The notes under the pieces are model-generated. The model made no database searches. It saw nothing but the letters and a program-made list of their open reading frames with translations, and was not told the origin of the DNA. From Candidatus Kerfeldbacteria bacterium (GTDB taxonomy: Bacteria > Patescibacteriota > Patescibacteriia > UBA10025 > JAHIVO01): 64,000 nt of DNA. The stretch spans positions 207,154 through 271,153 of the forward strand of contig CP181398.1 of NCBI GenBank assembly GCA_047946875.1, given 5' to 3'. The stretch's first letter is position 1, and every line of letters starts with the position of its first letter. Position numbers and translations under genes: made by a program. Positions 27,962 to 37,573 of this stretch are shown here, one piece after another.

Positions 27962-28993
27962 ATGGTAAAGAAAATATTATTATTTATATTCAGTATTGGG
28001 TTAATTGTAGCAATTAGCTTGGTAGGTTTGTATTTTACAAAAATTAATTCTTCTGTTTCTGATAGTGAAGAAATAAAAATATTTTCTGTAAAATCTGGAG
28101 AGGGCGTTAAAGTTATTTCAGCAAATCTTAAAGATGAAGAAATAATTAACAGTAGTTATATTTTTGAATGGTATGTATATCTCGGAGGATCAGAGAGTAA
28201 ATTCTTAGCTGGAGATTATGAATTAATGGCAAGTCTGAATATTAAAGAGGTTGTTGAAATTATGACATTAGGACAATCTCAGGCAGAAATAGAAATTACT
28301 ATTATAGAGGGTTGGAAGAGTGATGAGATAGATAAGTATTTAGCGTCCCAAGATATTATTGAGAGAGGGGCATTTATTGCCAAATCAAACATTATTGATA
28401 CTAGAACAATCATCGTAGATAAAGAATATAGCTTTCTTGATGGCAAACCTAGTAATCAAGGATTAGAAGGATATTTATTTCCAGATACATATCGAATTTT
28501 TAAAGATTCAACATCAGTAGATATTATAAAACGTATGTTAAATAATTTTGAAACTAAGTTTACAGATCAGATGAAACAAGACTCAGAAATTGGCAATATG
28601 ACTGTATATGAAATAATAACACTTGCTTCAATTATTGAGAAAGAAGTATCCAATGATGAAGATAGAAAAAATGTCGCTAGTGTTTTTTATAATCGTCTAA
28701 ATAATGGCATGGGGTTGCAATCTGATGCCACCGTTAATTATGTTACTAAGGAGGATAGACCACAACCGACACTAGAAGATTTAGAAGTTGATAGTCCATA
28801 TAATACTTATATGTATCGAGACTTACCACCAGGTCCGATAAGTAATCCTTCCTTGTCTTCAATTATGGCAGCAATCTATCCTGCAGATACAAATTATTTT
28901 TATTTCTTAAATAAAATTAACGATGATGGTAGCACAGTATTTAGTAATACTTATGATGAGCATCTTAATAATAAAGCTAAATATTTAAACTAA
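27962..28993 (+). CDS. mltG: Endolytic murein transglycosylase MltG (YceG family)
   Basis: N-terminal TM. YceG motifs TIIEGW, LASIIEKE, LQSDATVNYV, YNTYMYRDLPPGPISNPS. Confidence 0.8.
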   Translation: MVKKILLFIFSIGLIVAISLVGLYFTKINSSVSDSEEIKIFSVKSGEGVKVISANLKDEEIINSSYIFEWYVYLGGSESKFLAGDYELMASLNIKEVVEIMTLGQSQAEIEITIIEGWKSDEIDKYLASQDIIERGAFIAKSNIIDTRTIIVDKEYSFLDGKPSNQGLEGYLFPDTYRIFKDSTSVDIIKRMLNNFETKFTDQMKQDSEIGNMTVYEIITLASIIEKEVSNDEDRKNVASVFYNRLNNGMGLQSDATVNYVTKEDRPQPTLEDLEVDSPYNTYMYRDLPPGPISNPSLSSIMAAIYPADTNYFYFLNKINDDGSTVFSNTYDEHLNNKAKYLN

Positions 28994-28994
28994 C

Positions 28995-29681
28995 ATGAAA
29001 AATAAAGAAACATTTGTAATTTCTTTAGGAGGTTCACTCATCGTGCCAAATGCAATTGATATTATTTTTCTAAAGAAATTTAGAAAAATAATAATTGATA
29101 AAATAAAAAAGGGTCATCGATTTATTATAGTAACTGGAGGAGGGGATGCTGCAAGAAAATATCAAAATGCAGCAAAAAAAATTGCAAAAGTATCTACTAA
29201 AGATTTAGATTGGGTTGGTATAGCCGCTACAAAAATTAATGCTGAGCTTGTAAGAGTAATTTTTAATGACTATGCGTATAAAGAAATACTATCAAATCCT
29301 AATATCCATATTAAAACAAACAAAAAAATACTTATTGGCTCAGGTTGGGTACCTGGGTTTTCTTCAGATAAGGACGCAGTATTACTGGCTAAAACATATG
29401 GTGCAAAAACGGTTATAAATATGAGCAATATTTCATATGTATATACGGCTGATCCAAAGAAAGTAAAATCAGCAAAACCAATCAAAAGCATGTCTTGGAA
29501 GGAATTCCTTGATTTAACTGGAAGAAAATGGAATCCAGGAGCACATGTACCATTTGACCCTGAAGCTTCTAAATTTGCTCAAAAGAATAAAATGAAAGTG
29601 ATTATTACAAAAGGAACTGATATAGTGAATTTATTAAAAATTTTGGCCAATAAAAGAGCAAAAGGAACGGTTATTGAATAA
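28995..29681 (+). CDS. pyrH: UMP kinase, archaeal type
   Basis: Amino-acid-kinase fold with VTGGGDAARKY, GWVPGFSSDKDAVLLA and ISYVYTADPKK, closely matching archaeal PyrH. Confidence 0.75.
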   Translation: MKNKETFVISLGGSLIVPNAIDIIFLKKFRKIIIDKIKKGHRFIIVTGGGDAARKYQNAAKKIAKVSTKDLDWVGIAATKINAELVRVIFNDYAYKEILSNPNIHIKTNKKILIGSGWVPGFSSDKDAVLLAKTYGAKTVINMSNISYVYTADPKKVKSAKPIKSMSWKEFLDLTGRKWNPGAHVPFDPEASKFAQKNKMKVIITKGTDIVNLLKILANKRAKGTVIE

Positions 29682-29685
29682 AGCT

Positions 29686-29714
29686 TGACACATTTATTAG
29701 TACTGCTATACTAT
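29686..29714 (+). promoter_or_regulatory. sigma70-type promoter TTGACA-N16/17-TATACT for the rplJ-rplL operon
   Basis: Near-consensus -35 and -10 hexamers. The downstream ~140-nt GC-richer leader (…ccacagacagtaggtggcgagatc…acctgccgaggtg…) is consistent with an L10 autoregulatory leader. Confidence 0.55.
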
Positions 29715-29857
29715 CCATAACATAAATAAATACCACAGACAGTAGGTGGCGAGATCTTGAAAAAAGTTCAGGACAAGCATAAAACCTGCCGAGGTGTAAT
29801 AATAAATTTTTATTATCTGTGGTGTCTACACAGATTTTTTTATTAAACAATAATAAT

Positions 29858-30379
29858 ATGCCAAAAACTAAGCAGCAAAAAGAAGAAACAGTCAAAGACT
29901 TAGCAGAAAAATTATCAAAAACCAAAACTGTGATATTTACTAATTTTGATGGTTTGAATGTAACAGATACAACAGAGCTAAGAAATTTACTACGAGAAAA
30001 TAATATAGATTATGCAGTAACTAAGAGAACATTAATAAAGTTAGCATTAGCTGATGCAGATCTAAAAGATATTGATGTTTCCCAGTTAGAAGGTGGATTA
30101 GGAGTAGCCTTAGGATATGATGACGAAATACTTCCAGCAAAAATATTAGGTCAGTTTGCAAAGAAACATGATAAATTGATTATGGCTGGTGGAATTTTTG
30201 ATGGTAAATTTATTGATGCCAAGCAGGTAGTTGAACTATCTAAGATGGCAGGCAAAGATGAGCTAAGAGGTAAATTGGTTTGGTTACTAAATTATCCTGC
30301 TAGTGGATTCGTTAATGCACTTGCTGGTAATATAAAGAATTTAGTTTATGCCTTACAGGCAATAAAAGATAAAAAATAA
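29858..30379 (+). CDS. rplJ: 50S ribosomal protein L10
   Basis: MPKTKQQKEETVKDLAEKL… typical L10 N-terminus. The ORF-track start at 29819 is a spurious 5' extension. Confidence 0.85.
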   Translation: MPKTKQQKEETVKDLAEKLSKTKTVIFTNFDGLNVTDTTELRNLLRENNIDYAVTKRTLIKLALADADLKDIDVSQLEGGLGVALGYDDEILPAKILGQFAKKHDKLIMAGGIFDGKFIDAKQVVELSKMAGKDELRGKLVWLLNYPASGFVNALAGNIKNLVYALQAIKDKK

Positions 30380-30402
30380 TAATTAATAAAGGATAAAATA
30401 TT

Positions 30403-30819
30403 ATGACAGAAGAAAAAAAAGAGGAAAAAGCAGTCGAGGTTCCAGAAAAATTTAAAAGTATGGTAACTGAGATTGAAAAGCTAACTGTAATGGAGTTAGC
30501 AGAGTTAGTAAAAGTTTTAGAAGAGAAATTTGGTGTTTCAGCTCAAGCTCCTGTAGCTGTAGCTGGTGCTGCTCCTGCCGGTGAAGCAGAAGGTGAAGCA
30601 GAAGAAAAATCAAGTTTTGATGTTGAGCTTACTGCAGCAGGTGGAACAAAGATTGCAGTTATCAAAGCTGTTAGAGAAATTACAGAGCAAGGTTTGAAAG
30701 AGGCTAAAGATATGGTAGATGCTGCTCCAAAAGTTATTAAAAAAGGAGTTGCTAAAGAAGAAGCAGAAGAGTTAAAGAAAACATTAGAAGAAGCTGGCGC
30801 AACAGTTACTTTAAAATAA
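30403..30819 (+). CDS. rplL: 50S ribosomal protein L7/L12
   Basis: N-terminal dimerisation helix, an Ala/Glu-rich hinge, and a C-terminal domain …[37 protein letters not shown]. Confidence 0.9.
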   Translation: MTEEKKEEKAVEVPEKFKSMVTEIEKLTVMELAELVKVLEEKFGVSAQAPVAVAGAAPAGEAEGEAEEKSSFDVELTAAGGTKIAVIKAVREITEQGLKEAKDMVDAAPKVIKKGVAKEEAEELKKTLEEAGATVTLK

Positions 30820-30830
30820 ACATTTTAAAT

Positions 30831-30866
30831 AAAAAATCCTCAAGTATAATACTAGAGGATTTTTTA
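30831..30866 (+). terminator. intrinsic terminator (atcctc…gaggat plus T5)
   Basis: Hairpin followed by a T-run 12 nt after the rplL stop. Confidence 0.65.
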
Positions 30867-30882
30867 TTTACTTAAATTTTTT

Positions 30883-33189
30883 TTAATTTAATATATCAAT
30901 AGCTAGAATAGAATTACCGTTTAATATATATGTCTTTTTGTTCTTCCAGTCAGTAGATATGCTTTTCATATTATTAAATGAATCTGAAACATATTGGTTA
31001 ACAAGTTTTCCGTCTTTAGTAAATTCTATAATCCTATTACCTTTAGTATCTAAGACGAAAATATTATCTGTATCTGAATTAGTCCAGATCTGGTTAGCAG
31101 ATTCTAGTAGAGGATCGATTTTTGCTAATGCCCATTCTTGTTTTGCTCCTTGGAATAATCTTAATACTTGTCCATTACTTAGGGAGACATAAACATTACC
31201 GTCAATTGCAATAGATAATCCATTACGCAGATCAGAACTGTCTTGAAGCCATTCACTTGCCTGGTTGTAACCATTGCTAGTTCTTGTCGATCTATAAATT
31301 TGGCCTTTGTTAATATCTAGAAAATATACTCTATTCTCATAACTATTCATATCAATAATATTAACGTCGTCAGTAGGTAGGTTAAATTGTAATGAGGATA
31401 TTGTATTGCTTTGAGAGTTAAATTCGTCTAACCCATTAGCATTATTAAATAAGACTAAATTATTATTATACTCTGTAGAATATTGAAAAGTATTTTCTAT
31501 TTCTTCTTGAGGGTATGATTTTATCTCACCTGATTCAATGTCTGCAGAATAAATAGTTTTCTTACTAGAATCATAAGCATAAATTATATCATCAATGACA
31601 GTAAAGTTATTAATACTTGCTGTAGAGTCCACTGTAGAAAAATCAACTATATTGGTGGCTGCCATATTTGCTATATGTCTTGTTTTCTCTAATTGAATAG
31701 CTATATCTGATTGTAACTCAGTAATCTTGATTTGATCATTTTTATCGTTTTTTGCAAGCTCTGTTAGAATATCTTGTGCTTCGAATAGTAAATCTTTTGC
31801 TCCATCTTCATTGCCATATGAAAGTGCAGCTTCAGCTTTTAGAATATTTTGTGATATTTGTGATATCGATCTATCGAATTCAATACTTTCTTCTTGATTC
31901 TGTTGTGACATCGCTGAGCTAAATATACTTTGAGCAAGTACAAATGCTATTACTATAGCAGAGAGAAGTAATATTTTACTTATGTTAGGAAGTTTAATAA
32001 ATTTATTAATTATATTGGATATTTTTTGAGAAAAAGTTTTAGGACTTGATACAATACTAGATGCTATTTTATCGCGTTTCCTAAATATTCCAACAATCAC
32101 GTGAAGTAATTTTATTAATGCTTGACCAAGAATTTTAATTAAATTTCCAATCGATTTTAATAAAGTTGATTCTCTTTTTTCTTTATTACTATATTGTTTT
32201 TGAGTGCTTGTATCAGCTGGTCTGTAATCTTTTGTTTCTTTTTCGAATCTTAGTCTACGAGGAGATTGTTTTAATAATTTTAGTTTAATGAAATCGCCTA
32301 ACTTTAAAAATATTCCCCCAAATAAATTACTCATATGTCTACTTAGAGATGGTTTGAGTATTTGATTTGTAGAATTTTTTTTATCTAAAAGATTTTCCAT
32401 GGAAGATTGTGAAGAAAAATGATTAACTGCGTTAGCTACGTTGGCTGGGGGAGTCACGACATCAGAATCTGGCTGCTTATATTCTGTTGCAGTTTTAACT
32501 TCTTTAATTTCTGTTTTAATTGAGAGAGCAGCAAAAGCTGTATTAGTTGAGTTTTCAGCTAGTAGATTTTCTAGAATATGTACTGATCTTTGAGGTGAAT
32601 TTTCTTGAATTGTTCGTTTTATTTTTTCTGGTGATAGATAATCTAGTAAATTGGAATTACAAAATAAGAGTGCATCGTCAGAAGCAAGTTCACCGCTTAC
32701 GATATTTGAAAAAGCTTTTAGAGGATTAATTTTGTCACCCAACTCATTTGCTTCTTCAGTCGTTTCAATAATGTTAGTAATTTTATTGTTTCTGACCATG
32801 AATGCATAAAGCTTACCAACTTGACTAAAGTACAGTGTATTGTCTTTTACTATTACAGCAATAATATTTAATTTATCTAGCCAATTTGTATCATAGTCAC
32901 CAACCATATCAGCAATTCGTTGATTTACATTTTCGAGAGCTTGTTCGAAAGCTGATTCTATTTGTAAATCATCTGTATTATAATAGCTTGTAGTAAAAGT
33001 ATCCTGAATAGTTTGGATAATATCAAGATTTATTTTGTCGTCTGAGTTAATTTCTGCAACTAGAAAAAGTTTACCCAGATTCTTCTCTTCAATAGGGGAT
33101 TGTTTGGATGCAAAAACATGGCAGGTTGACCTGCTTGTGTCTGGATCAAATATTAATAATTTGTCAAAAATTAGTGCAAAATTAGCCAT
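30883..33189 (-). CDS. large membrane protein: cytoplasmic N-terminal domain, single TM, extracytoplasmic beta-propeller-like repeat domain
   Basis: 768 aa. A central TM (…ILLLSAIVIAFVLAQSIFSSA…). The C-terminus has repeated …Y(V/F)LD..G.RI…DGK… blade-like segments. No confident family assignment. Confidence 0.45.
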   Translation of the reverse strand: MANFALIFDKLLIFDPDTSRSTCHVFASKQSPIEEKNLGKLFLVAEINSDDKINLDIIQTIQDTFTTSYYNTDDLQIESAFEQALENVNQRIADMVGDYDTNWLDKLNIIAVIVKDNTLYFSQVGKLYAFMVRNNKITNIIETTEEANELGDKINPLKAFSNIVSGELASDDALLFCNSNLLDYLSPEKIKRTIQENSPQRSVHILENLLAENSTNTAFAALSIKTEIKEVKTATEYKQPDSDVVTPPANVANAVNHFSSQSSMENLLDKKNSTNQILKPSLSRHMSNLFGGIFLKLGDFIKLKLLKQSPRRLRFEKETKDYRPADTSTQKQYSNKEKRESTLLKSIGNLIKILGQALIKLLHVIVGIFRKRDKIASSIVSSPKTFSQKISNIINKFIKLPNISKILLLSAIVIAFVLAQSIFSSAMSQQNQEESIEFDRSISQISQNILKAEAALSYGNEDGAKDLLFEAQDILTELAKNDKNDQIKITELQSDIAIQLEKTRHIANMAATNIVDFSTVDSTASINNFTVIDDIIYAYDSSKKTIYSADIESGEIKSYPQEEIENTFQYSTEYNNNLVLFNNANGLDEFNSQSNTISSLQFNLPTDDVNIIDMNSYENRVYFLDINKGQIYRSTRTSNGYNQASEWLQDSSDLRNGLSIAIDGNVYVSLSNGQVLRLFQGAKQEWALAKIDPLLESANQIWTNSDTDNIFVLDTKGNRIIEFTKDGKLVNQYVSDSFNNMKSISTDWKNKKTYILNGNSILAIDILN

Positions 33190-33298
33190 TTCAGTATTAT
33201 TTCTTGCTAGTTTTTTATAGGCATATTATAATACAGTCATAACAATTAGTAAATAGTCATTACATTCAGCTGTGTTGTGATTAATAAAGGAAAAAAGT

Positions 33299-33862
33299 AT
33301 GCTTGAACACCTATTTAGTTCACGAACTAGGGTAAAATTACTAAAAATATTCTTAAGTAATCCAGATAAAGATTATTTTGTAAGAGAACTAACCAGAAAA
33401 ATTAAGGAGAGAATAAACTCAGTTCGTAGGGAACTAGAGAATCTTGAAAGACTTGGGTTAATTGTGGCAGAAACCTCTGGTCAAAAGAAATTTTATCGTG
33501 TTGATAGTAATTTCATCTTATATCCTGAAATGCGTGCTTTAATACTTAAGTCTCAAATGACTGTAGAAAGAGATTTCGCAAAAAATATTGGACAAGTTGG
33601 TCAAATATCATATTTAGTTTTGACTGGTATCTTTACAGGTATCGAAGATTCACAGACAGATATATTGATTGTTGGTAAAGTAAATAGAACCAAATTAACA
33701 AGATTGATAAATAAATTTAGAAAAGAACTTGATAAACAGATTAGATTTACAGTTATGACCAAAAAAGAATTTGAATATCGGAATGATCTGACAGATAAAT
33801 TTTTGTATCATATTTTAGAAAATAAAAAAATCGTTATCACTGATAAAATATTTGATAAATAG
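33299..33862 (+). CDS. putative winged-helix transcriptional regulator
   Basis: N-terminal …SRTRVKLLKIFLSNPDKDYFVRELTRKI…LERLGLIV resembles a wHTH. Confidence 0.35.
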   Translation: MLEHLFSSRTRVKLLKIFLSNPDKDYFVRELTRKIKERINSVRRELENLERLGLIVAETSGQKKFYRVDSNFILYPEMRALILKSQMTVERDFAKNIGQVGQISYLVLTGIFTGIEDSQTDILIVGKVNRTKLTRLINKFRKELDKQIRFTVMTKKEFEYRNDLTDKFLYHILENKKIVITDKIFDK

Positions 33863-33865
33863 ATA

Positions 33866-34303
33866 ATGATATTAATAATAAATACAGCCGTTGAGGATAT
33901 ATTCCAGATCGCTTTAGCTGATAAGGACGGTGTTTTGTTGGCACAAAAAAATGTGCGCGGCAAGTATGTACAAGCTGAAAAGTTGTTACCGACCATTGTG
34001 AAACTAATGGAAGTAAATAAAATTAAACAAAAAGATCTAAAGGGGATTGTAGTTGTTAAAGGACCGGGCGGTTTTACTTCGATAAGAATTGGAGTTATTA
34101 CGGCGAATACTTTTTCATTCGCACTTAACTTACCAATTATTGATTTCAAATTGAACGAATTTAGTGATTTTGGTGATTTAGCAAAGAAATCAGTAAGAAA
34201 ATTTAGAAAGAAAGTTAATAAAAAATTAGTAATTCCATTTTATGGGCGCGAGCCAAATATAACAAAATCTAATAAAAATATTTTTGATTCACTTAAAATT
34301 TAA
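33866..34303 (+). CDS. tsaB: tRNA threonylcarbamoyladenosine biosynthesis protein TsaB (YeaZ)
   Basis: Short Kae1/YgjD-like N-terminal domain with GPGGFTSIRIGV. Confidence 0.65.
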   Translation: MILIINTAVEDIFQIALADKDGVLLAQKNVRGKYVQAEKLLPTIVKLMEVNKIKQKDLKGIVVVKGPGGFTSIRIGVITANTFSFALNLPIIDFKLNEFSDFGDLAKKSVRKFRKKVNKKLVIPFYGREPNITKSNKNIFDSLKI

Positions 34304-35508
34304 TAAGTTACAGGGTTACTTGGTTTTAGTTGGTACGCTGATTTAAATCCAAATTTATTACTCAGAATGTCTATAGCATTCTGTATTTTTTTAATTTTGA
34401 AAAATGATTTTTCAAAAATACTTTGAATTGGTTCATAACTTAAGAGGTCATGAATAGTAGCTGATACAGAAATTATTTTAGTGCTCAATGGTAAAATTTC
34501 ATTTAGTAATTGATTTGCCAAAGGAGCTAAGTCATTATAATTATTTAAAGGCATATTAAATTGTTTCCTTTTTGTTTTGATACTATGTTTATTAAACGTG
34601 ATTTTAATAGAAAGAACGTTCCCAGTTTTCTTCTGAGATTTGAGAGAATTACAAATTATTTTTATTTGATCAAGCAAAGAATCAAATATAAGATTTTGGT
34701 CGTTGGTAGCAAATTCAAAGCTATTTGATCTAGTGATTGATTTTTTTATTCCAACTGAATACACTTCACGGTCATCGAGAGCATTTGCCATTTTCCAAAT
34801 TTGTAATCCATTATTACCGAATGTTTGAACAAGCTGTGCTTGAGGCATATTTGCTAGATGTCCAATGGTATGTATATTGAGAGATTTTAGAGCAATTTCT
34901 GTCCTTGGGCCTATGGCTGGTAAATATTTTATAGGTAATCCTGAGATGAATTCTTTTTCTTGTCCCCAGGGTACATAAGTTATTGCATTTGGTTTTTGTG
35001 ACTGGCAAGCGATCCGAGCACATATTTTGTTGCTAGCTATTCCTACAGAAGAAGTTATTTCAAGTTCTGAATATAATTTATTTCTAATATCATTTGCAGC
35101 TTGTTCTGGTGATATCCATTTTTCTTCAAAGCCTGATATATCAATATACGCCTCATCTAGTGAGATTGGTTCAATTTTTTTACTATATTGTGAAATTATT
35201 TTGAAAAATTGTTGAGAAAATAATTCATATTGTTCAAATGAGCCGGCAATATATTTAGCTTGTGGGGCTATCTCATATGCTTTTGATAAAGTCATTATTT
35301 TATTAATACCTAAATTTCTTGCTTCATAACTGGAGCAAGCCACAAGACTATTGGGTTTGATGTTATTACTTATTATGACTGGTTGGTTTCGTAGTTCTGG
35401 ATGTAGAGCTTTTTCTACTGAAGTAAAAAAAGAATCTAGACTTATATATAGTATTGTTTTTCCGGCATAGCCGGATCCGCCTTTGGAGGAGAATTTATTT
35501 TTTTTCAT
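34300..35508 (-). CDS. dinB: DNA polymerase IV (Y-family, DinB)
   Basis: …ILYISLDSFFTSVE…, SLDEAYIDIS and a little-finger domain. The N-terminal ~17 aa, encoded by a GC-rich repeat, are probably not native, so the start is uncertain. Confidence 0.8.
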   Translation of the reverse strand: MKKNKFSSKGGSGYAGKTILYISLDSFFTSVEKALHPELRNQPVIISNNIKPNSLVACSSYEARNLGINKIMTLSKAYEIAPQAKYIAGSFEQYELFSQQFFKIISQYSKKIEPISLDEAYIDISGFEEKWISPEQAANDIRNKLYSELEITSSVGIASNKICARIACQSQKPNAITYVPWGQEKEFISGLPIKYLPAIGPRTEIALKSLNIHTIGHLANMPQAQLVQTFGNNGLQIWKMANALDDREVYSVGIKKSITRSNSFEFATNDQNLIFDSLLDQIKIICNSLKSQKKTGNVLSIKITFNKHSIKTKRKQFNMPLNNYNDLAPLANQLLNEILPLSTKIISVSATIHDLLSYEPIQSIFEKSFFKIKKIQNAIDILSNKFGFKSAYQLKPSNPVTY

Positions 35509-35722
35509 ATTAGATTTATAAGTTTCCGGCGGGGCCGGATCCGGCTTTGCCTGAATTAGTTAGTTATTTTAATTTATAAAGAGGGAAGTGATGAGCCGAA
35601 TAAAAACCGAAAATAAATAACAAATTTATTTTCGTCCTGAAAGATTTTGAAGGACCTAAGTTTTTTGGCTCACTAAACAATATATGTCTTTGAGTAAATT
35701 ATTTTATTTGGTTAAAAAAGGT

Positions 35723-36349
35723 TTATGAAAAATTTCTAATTATTCCTAGTACTCTCCCTTGGACGATAATATTTTTTTCGTAACGCGGTTTATATTTTTT
35801 ATTAGCAGGTTGTAATCTAATAAAGTTTTTTGTACGAAAAAATTTCTTTAGAGTTGCACTTCCGTCTTCAAGTAGGGCAACGACGGTATCACCATTTTTT
35901 GCATATTCAGTTTTTTCACAAACAACATAATCACCATCAGCGATAAGACTTTCGATCATAGAGTCACCCTTAACTTTAAGAATGTATGAATTCTTTTGAC
36001 CGATCATTTCTTTAGGAACTGGTATTTTAGAATCTCGATTTTCTAAAGCCTCTATTGGTTCTCCGGCAGTGATAAGACCGACTACAGGAAGTAGAATTGA
36101 GTTATTATCTGAGACGGGGGATGATTCAATCTCATCTTCTATGATTGTTATGCCTCTAGCAGTATCTTTATCTCTTTGAATAAAATTATGTTCTTCAAGA
36201 AACTTGATATGTTCATGAACCGTAGCTAGTGATGACAAGTTAAACTCTTTTGCAATTTCAGTAAGTGTAGGTGCATAATTATTTTCTTTGATATAACCTT
36301 TTAAAAATTGAAAAATCTTTTGTTTTTTGTTTGGTAATATAGTTACCAT
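35723..36349 (-). CDS. lexA: LexA repressor
   Basis: N-terminal wHTH …PTLTEIAKEFNLSS…VHEHIKFLE. C-terminal S24 peptidase with VKGDSM (Ser) and K in …GDTVVALLEDGSATLKKF. Confidence 0.85.
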   Translation of the reverse strand: MVTILPNKKQKIFQFLKGYIKENNYAPTLTEIAKEFNLSSLATVHEHIKFLEEHNFIQRDKDTARGITIIEDEIESSPVSDNNSILLPVVGLITAGEPIEALENRDSKIPVPKEMIGQKNSYILKVKGDSMIESLIADGDYVVCEKTEYAKNGDTVVALLEDGSATLKKFFRTKNFIRLQPANKKYKPRYEKNIIVQGRVLGIIRNFS

Positions 36350-36390
36350 ATATTTGTAAGTTAGTATATAATGAATTTAGAATAATATTT

Positions 36391-37185
36391 TTGAATATGA
36401 CAGGAATAATTAATATATTTTTACCATTGTTTGTGCAGATACTAGTACTGTATCTTCTTTCTCGTCTTTTGAATAAAGTGATTATGAGGCAGTTGGGGAA
36501 GAAATGGTATTTAGCGACGATGTGGCCTGGTGTCATGATTCATGAACTATCACATGTGATCGGGTGTATAATTACTTTTACAAAAGTTTATAAAGTTAAT
36601 TTGTTTACACCAACAGGGGATTCTTTAGGGTCTGTAGAACATGCAAAGACAAGTAATCCAATATCGAATATTATTATTTCAATTGCGCCATTGTTTGGGG
36701 GGACTGCAGTTATTTGGTTGCTGACCTACTTGTTCTTCCCCGAAATATATAAGGTTCAGTTAGATAGTGTTAATCTTGCAGTAGGTGATCTGAATAATTT
36801 TCAAAACTTTTTTAATTTTACAGTAAATTATTTTCAGTTGTATTGGGATTATTTTGTTCAACTATTTCAGAATATGAATTTTGGATCCTGGCAAACTTAT
36901 TTATTTATCTATTTAATGTTATCTCTTAGCTCTCATGTTGCACCATCTAAAAAGGATTTAAGCTATACCTATGTAGGAGTTATTGGATTAATACTCTTCT
37001 TTGCTCTTATTTTCTTTTTAGATTCGTGGTTACAGGTTCCAATAACATGGAGTATTATTCAATGGTTAACTAAACCTCTGTTTTTAACTGCCAATTTTTT
37101 AATTTACGGCATCATTTTTACAGTATTTAGTTTATTTGTTATGCAGTTGATTGCTTTGATTAAGCGCCTTTTTGTAAGGGGATAA
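36391..37185 (+). CDS. polytopic membrane protein with HExxH motif (putative membrane metalloprotease), divergent from lexA
   Basis: MIHELSHVIG lies between TM helices. About 7 TM. Confidence 0.4.
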   Translation: MNMTGIINIFLPLFVQILVLYLLSRLLNKVIMRQLGKKWYLATMWPGVMIHELSHVIGCIITFTKVYKVNLFTPTGDSLGSVEHAKTSNPISNIIISIAPLFGGTAVIWLLTYLFFPEIYKVQLDSVNLAVGDLNNFQNFFNFTVNYFQLYWDYFVQLFQNMNFGSWQTYLFIYLMLSLSSHVAPSKKDLSYTYVGVIGLILFFALIFFLDSWLQVPITWSIIQWLTKPLFLTANFLIYGIIFTVFSLFVMQLIALIKRLFVRG

Positions 37186-37233
37186 TCGAATACATTAAAT
37201 ATAGCCGAATAAAAACCGAAAGTCAATACATAG

Positions 37234-37242
37234 TTATCCACA
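37234..37242 (+). promoter_or_regulatory. perfect DnaA-box-like TTATCCACA upstream of the mra/dcw operon
   Basis: Exact 9-mer, plus strand, about 330 bp upstream of mraZ. Confidence 0.3.
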
Positions 37243-37447
37243 GAAATAAATTTTCAAATAGGCTGAGGTATATAATATTTGATCACATAACCATCAATTA
37301 AATAGCTATTGATATTCATAGCTATTTTTTAATTACTATATCTTGTGGTCACTCACTATCAGGGCATACCACAAGTTGTAATTTTTTTCATTGGTAATCT
37401 TGACGAATATTTTGAATTATATTGTGGTGAATATTATTGCAAAGGCT

Positions 37448-37476
37448 TTGACTTTTTGCTAAAAATGGGGTAGAAT
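37448..37476 (+). promoter_or_regulatory. Pmra-like sigma70 promoter TTGACT-N17-TAGAAT, followed by TGGGG/TGGAT direct repeats (candidate MraZ operator)
   Basis: Consensus-like hexamers. Repeats TGGGG(37466), TGGAT(37475), TGGAT(37497), TGGGG(37506) at roughly 10-bp phasing in the leader. Confidence 0.5.
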
Positions 37477-37573
37477 GGATGTATTAGGTAGCGAAGTGGA
37501 TAATTGTGGGGATAAGCTCACTTATCTGTGGACAAGCCGTAAATTTTATTACTTAAATTACATATCTAAATCA

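Noticed and set aside
37475-37573. Upstream extension of mraZ (MDVLGSEVDNCGDK…) given by the ORF track
   Set aside because: The conserved MraZ N-terminus MFIGEY… begins at 37574. The extension overlaps the predicted -10 element and the TGGGG repeats.
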